DNA of 64,000 nt from Squalus acanthias (lineage: Eukaryota): positions 88,042,001 to 88,106,000 of the forward strand of contig CM059432.1 in NCBI GenBank assembly GCA_030390025.1, read 5' to 3'. Of this stretch, positions 62,801 to 64,000 are shown piece by piece. Both the position numbers and the translations under genes were made by a program. The notes below the pieces were generated by a model. The model did not search any database. It was given only the letters and a program-made list of their open reading frames with translations, and had not been told where the DNA came from. The first letter of the stretch is position 1. Each line of letters opens with the position of its first letter.

Positions 62801-63383
62801 TAGAGATCCACACAGGGTGGACACACAAGCTGCAGGTCCCGAAGACAGGAGGGAGGAGCTAGGGGAGGCGGGGCCAGCCGCTGTGGGAGCACAGGGAGTG
62901 ACGGTGAGGACCCCAGAGACAGAGCCGCCCGCTTTGAACGTCCCGCCCTCGGGGGAGGCAGAGATCGCGAGTGAAGGGCCGCCTGCTGGGCCGAGCAGGG
63001 TGGAGCCACAAACTGCGAGCCCCGAGGTTAGGGAGGCGGAGTCAGCGGAGGCGGAGCCAGCGACTGTGGTGGAACCCCAGGTCGTCCCGATGGAAGTCTC
63101 GGAACCCGGTCCGTCAGTCACGGAACCCCCGCCCATGGCAACTCCCCGTAGGTCAAGTAGAGAACCCCAGCCCAGGAGGATGTGGTCATGTCCCCAGACT
63201 GCCCCAAGGCGTAGACTTAAGGTTAAGGCAACCCAGATACAGCCCGGCCCCATCGCAGCAGCAACAGGCTGCGGCAGATCAGAGGAAGGAATCAGTGCAG
63301 CAACAGGCTGCGGCAGATCAAAGGGAAGGGTCAGTGCCCTCCCACCGTCGGGAAGAGCTCGCAGCAGCCTTCTCAGAATTTAA
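59870..63383 (+). CDS. pol: Pol 3' part (RT YVDD, tether, RNase H, integrase, long C-terminal tail) after +1 frameshift
   Basis: YVDD 59928-59939; IYVDGS...AQQAEL...SDS...HKVKAH...GNQQADALA; H-H-C-C, IDYIG, SDQGSHF, ERMN, GPY. Confidence 0.9.
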
Positions 63384-63510
63384 AGGGGCCGCCCTGAGAA
63401 CGGGCGGCACTGTATAGTAATAAGTTTTAAGTTTTAAGTTCATAGTTCAAGGTTAAGTTTATAGTTTTAATAAGGTTAAGATTGTAGTGTTTTTAACAGA
63501 AAACGATAAA

Positions 63511-64000
63511 ATGATGGGAGCTTTAAAGATAGGTTTAGTTAAAGTTTATTCAGCGAACGTTGAAGTTTACGTGAGGCGAGGTCAGGGGACCCGCTCACCC
63601 TTCACAAAAGCCAGAGACTCTTGCGAGGCTGGCTACCTCATTCTATCTGATCACAGGAACCAAGGAAGGATGGAACGAATTCTAGTATTGCTCGCGGCAA
63701 TCGGATGTGGATTGGCCTATCGAGGCCGCACCAAGGATGTCGTGGTGTTTGGATGTTCCGGGGACACGGCCCCCATCGCGGTGGATGGGACCGGAAGACG
63801 GGAGGCAGAGGAGACCAGCACCTATTTCCACAAGGGAAGGTGGCCAGGATGGCTGGGAACGAACTCAACGGAGTATTCTAGCACATCGGGGTTTGCCTAC
63901 AAAGAGACTTCTTTAATGTGCCCCAAAGTAAGGATCATCGCACCCAGGATCAGCGTCACCGTCGGCAAACGGATTTGTTTGACTTGTAGTGGGAATGTCC
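63511..64000 (+). CDS. third ORF in env position (secreted/membrane glycoprotein), 3'-partial; possible start at 63511 or 63670
   Basis: Open from ATG 63511 to the window end without a stop; MERILVLLAAIGCGLA signal-peptide-like segment at 63670; NST sequon; splice-acceptor-like sites at 63499 and 63656. Confidence 0.75.
   Translation, partial: MMGALKIGLVKVYSANVEVYVRRGQGTRSPFTKARDSCEAGYLILSDHRNQGRMERILVLLAAIGCGLAYRGRTKDVVVFGCSGDTAPIAVDGTGRREAEETSTYFHKGRWPGWLGTNSTEYSSTSGFAYKETSLMCPKVRIIAPRISVTVGKRICLTCSGNV

Larger units (their letters stand above)
55403..64000 (+). mobile_element. endogenous retrovirus (loki/spuma-related), LTR-gag-pol-env-like, 3' end beyond window
   Basis: Gag with CCHC and late domain, PR DTGA, RT YVDD, tether + RNase H, IN HHCC/DDE, third signal-peptide ORF. 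Confidence 0.9.

Noticed and set aside
62202..63253. Antisense accessory ORFs (62202-62666, 62663-63253)
   Set aside because: Expected as shadows of a GC-rich coding strand; no recognisable motif or promoter support

Overview
Eukaryotic (vertebrate) genomic DNA; the repeat content (Deu-type tRNA SINEs, CR1 LINEs, Penelope, Harbinger) suggests a cartilaginous fish, but that is an inference. The left half (1355-32321, + strand) carries 13 coding exons of CRISPLD1 (CAP/SCP domain plus two LCCL domains); all are GT-AG and phase-consistent, and the 5' exon(s) lie upstream of the window. Introns and the intergenic region are packed with transposons: CR1 and L2-like LINE fragments, two tRNA-SINE families, Penelope elements with minimal hammerhead ribozymes, two full-length two-gene Harbinger DNA transposons with many derived MITEs, and a Tigger-like MITE. 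The right end (~55403-64000, running off the window) is a young, nearly intact endogenous retrovirus-like element. It has a ~1.65 kb putative LTR, a PBS overlapping the gag ATG, and a Gag with a PSAPPSY late domain and CCHC knuckle. Gag is joined in frame to pol through a UGA-CUAG readthrough context. Pol has a spuma-like RT, two tandem RNase H folds and an integrase with a long tail, and is broken only by one extra T. A signal-peptide-bearing third ORF (env position), absent from the ORF track, follows and shows an Ig-like strand motif. This architecture fits a lokiretrovirus-like or otherwise basal retroviral lineage.
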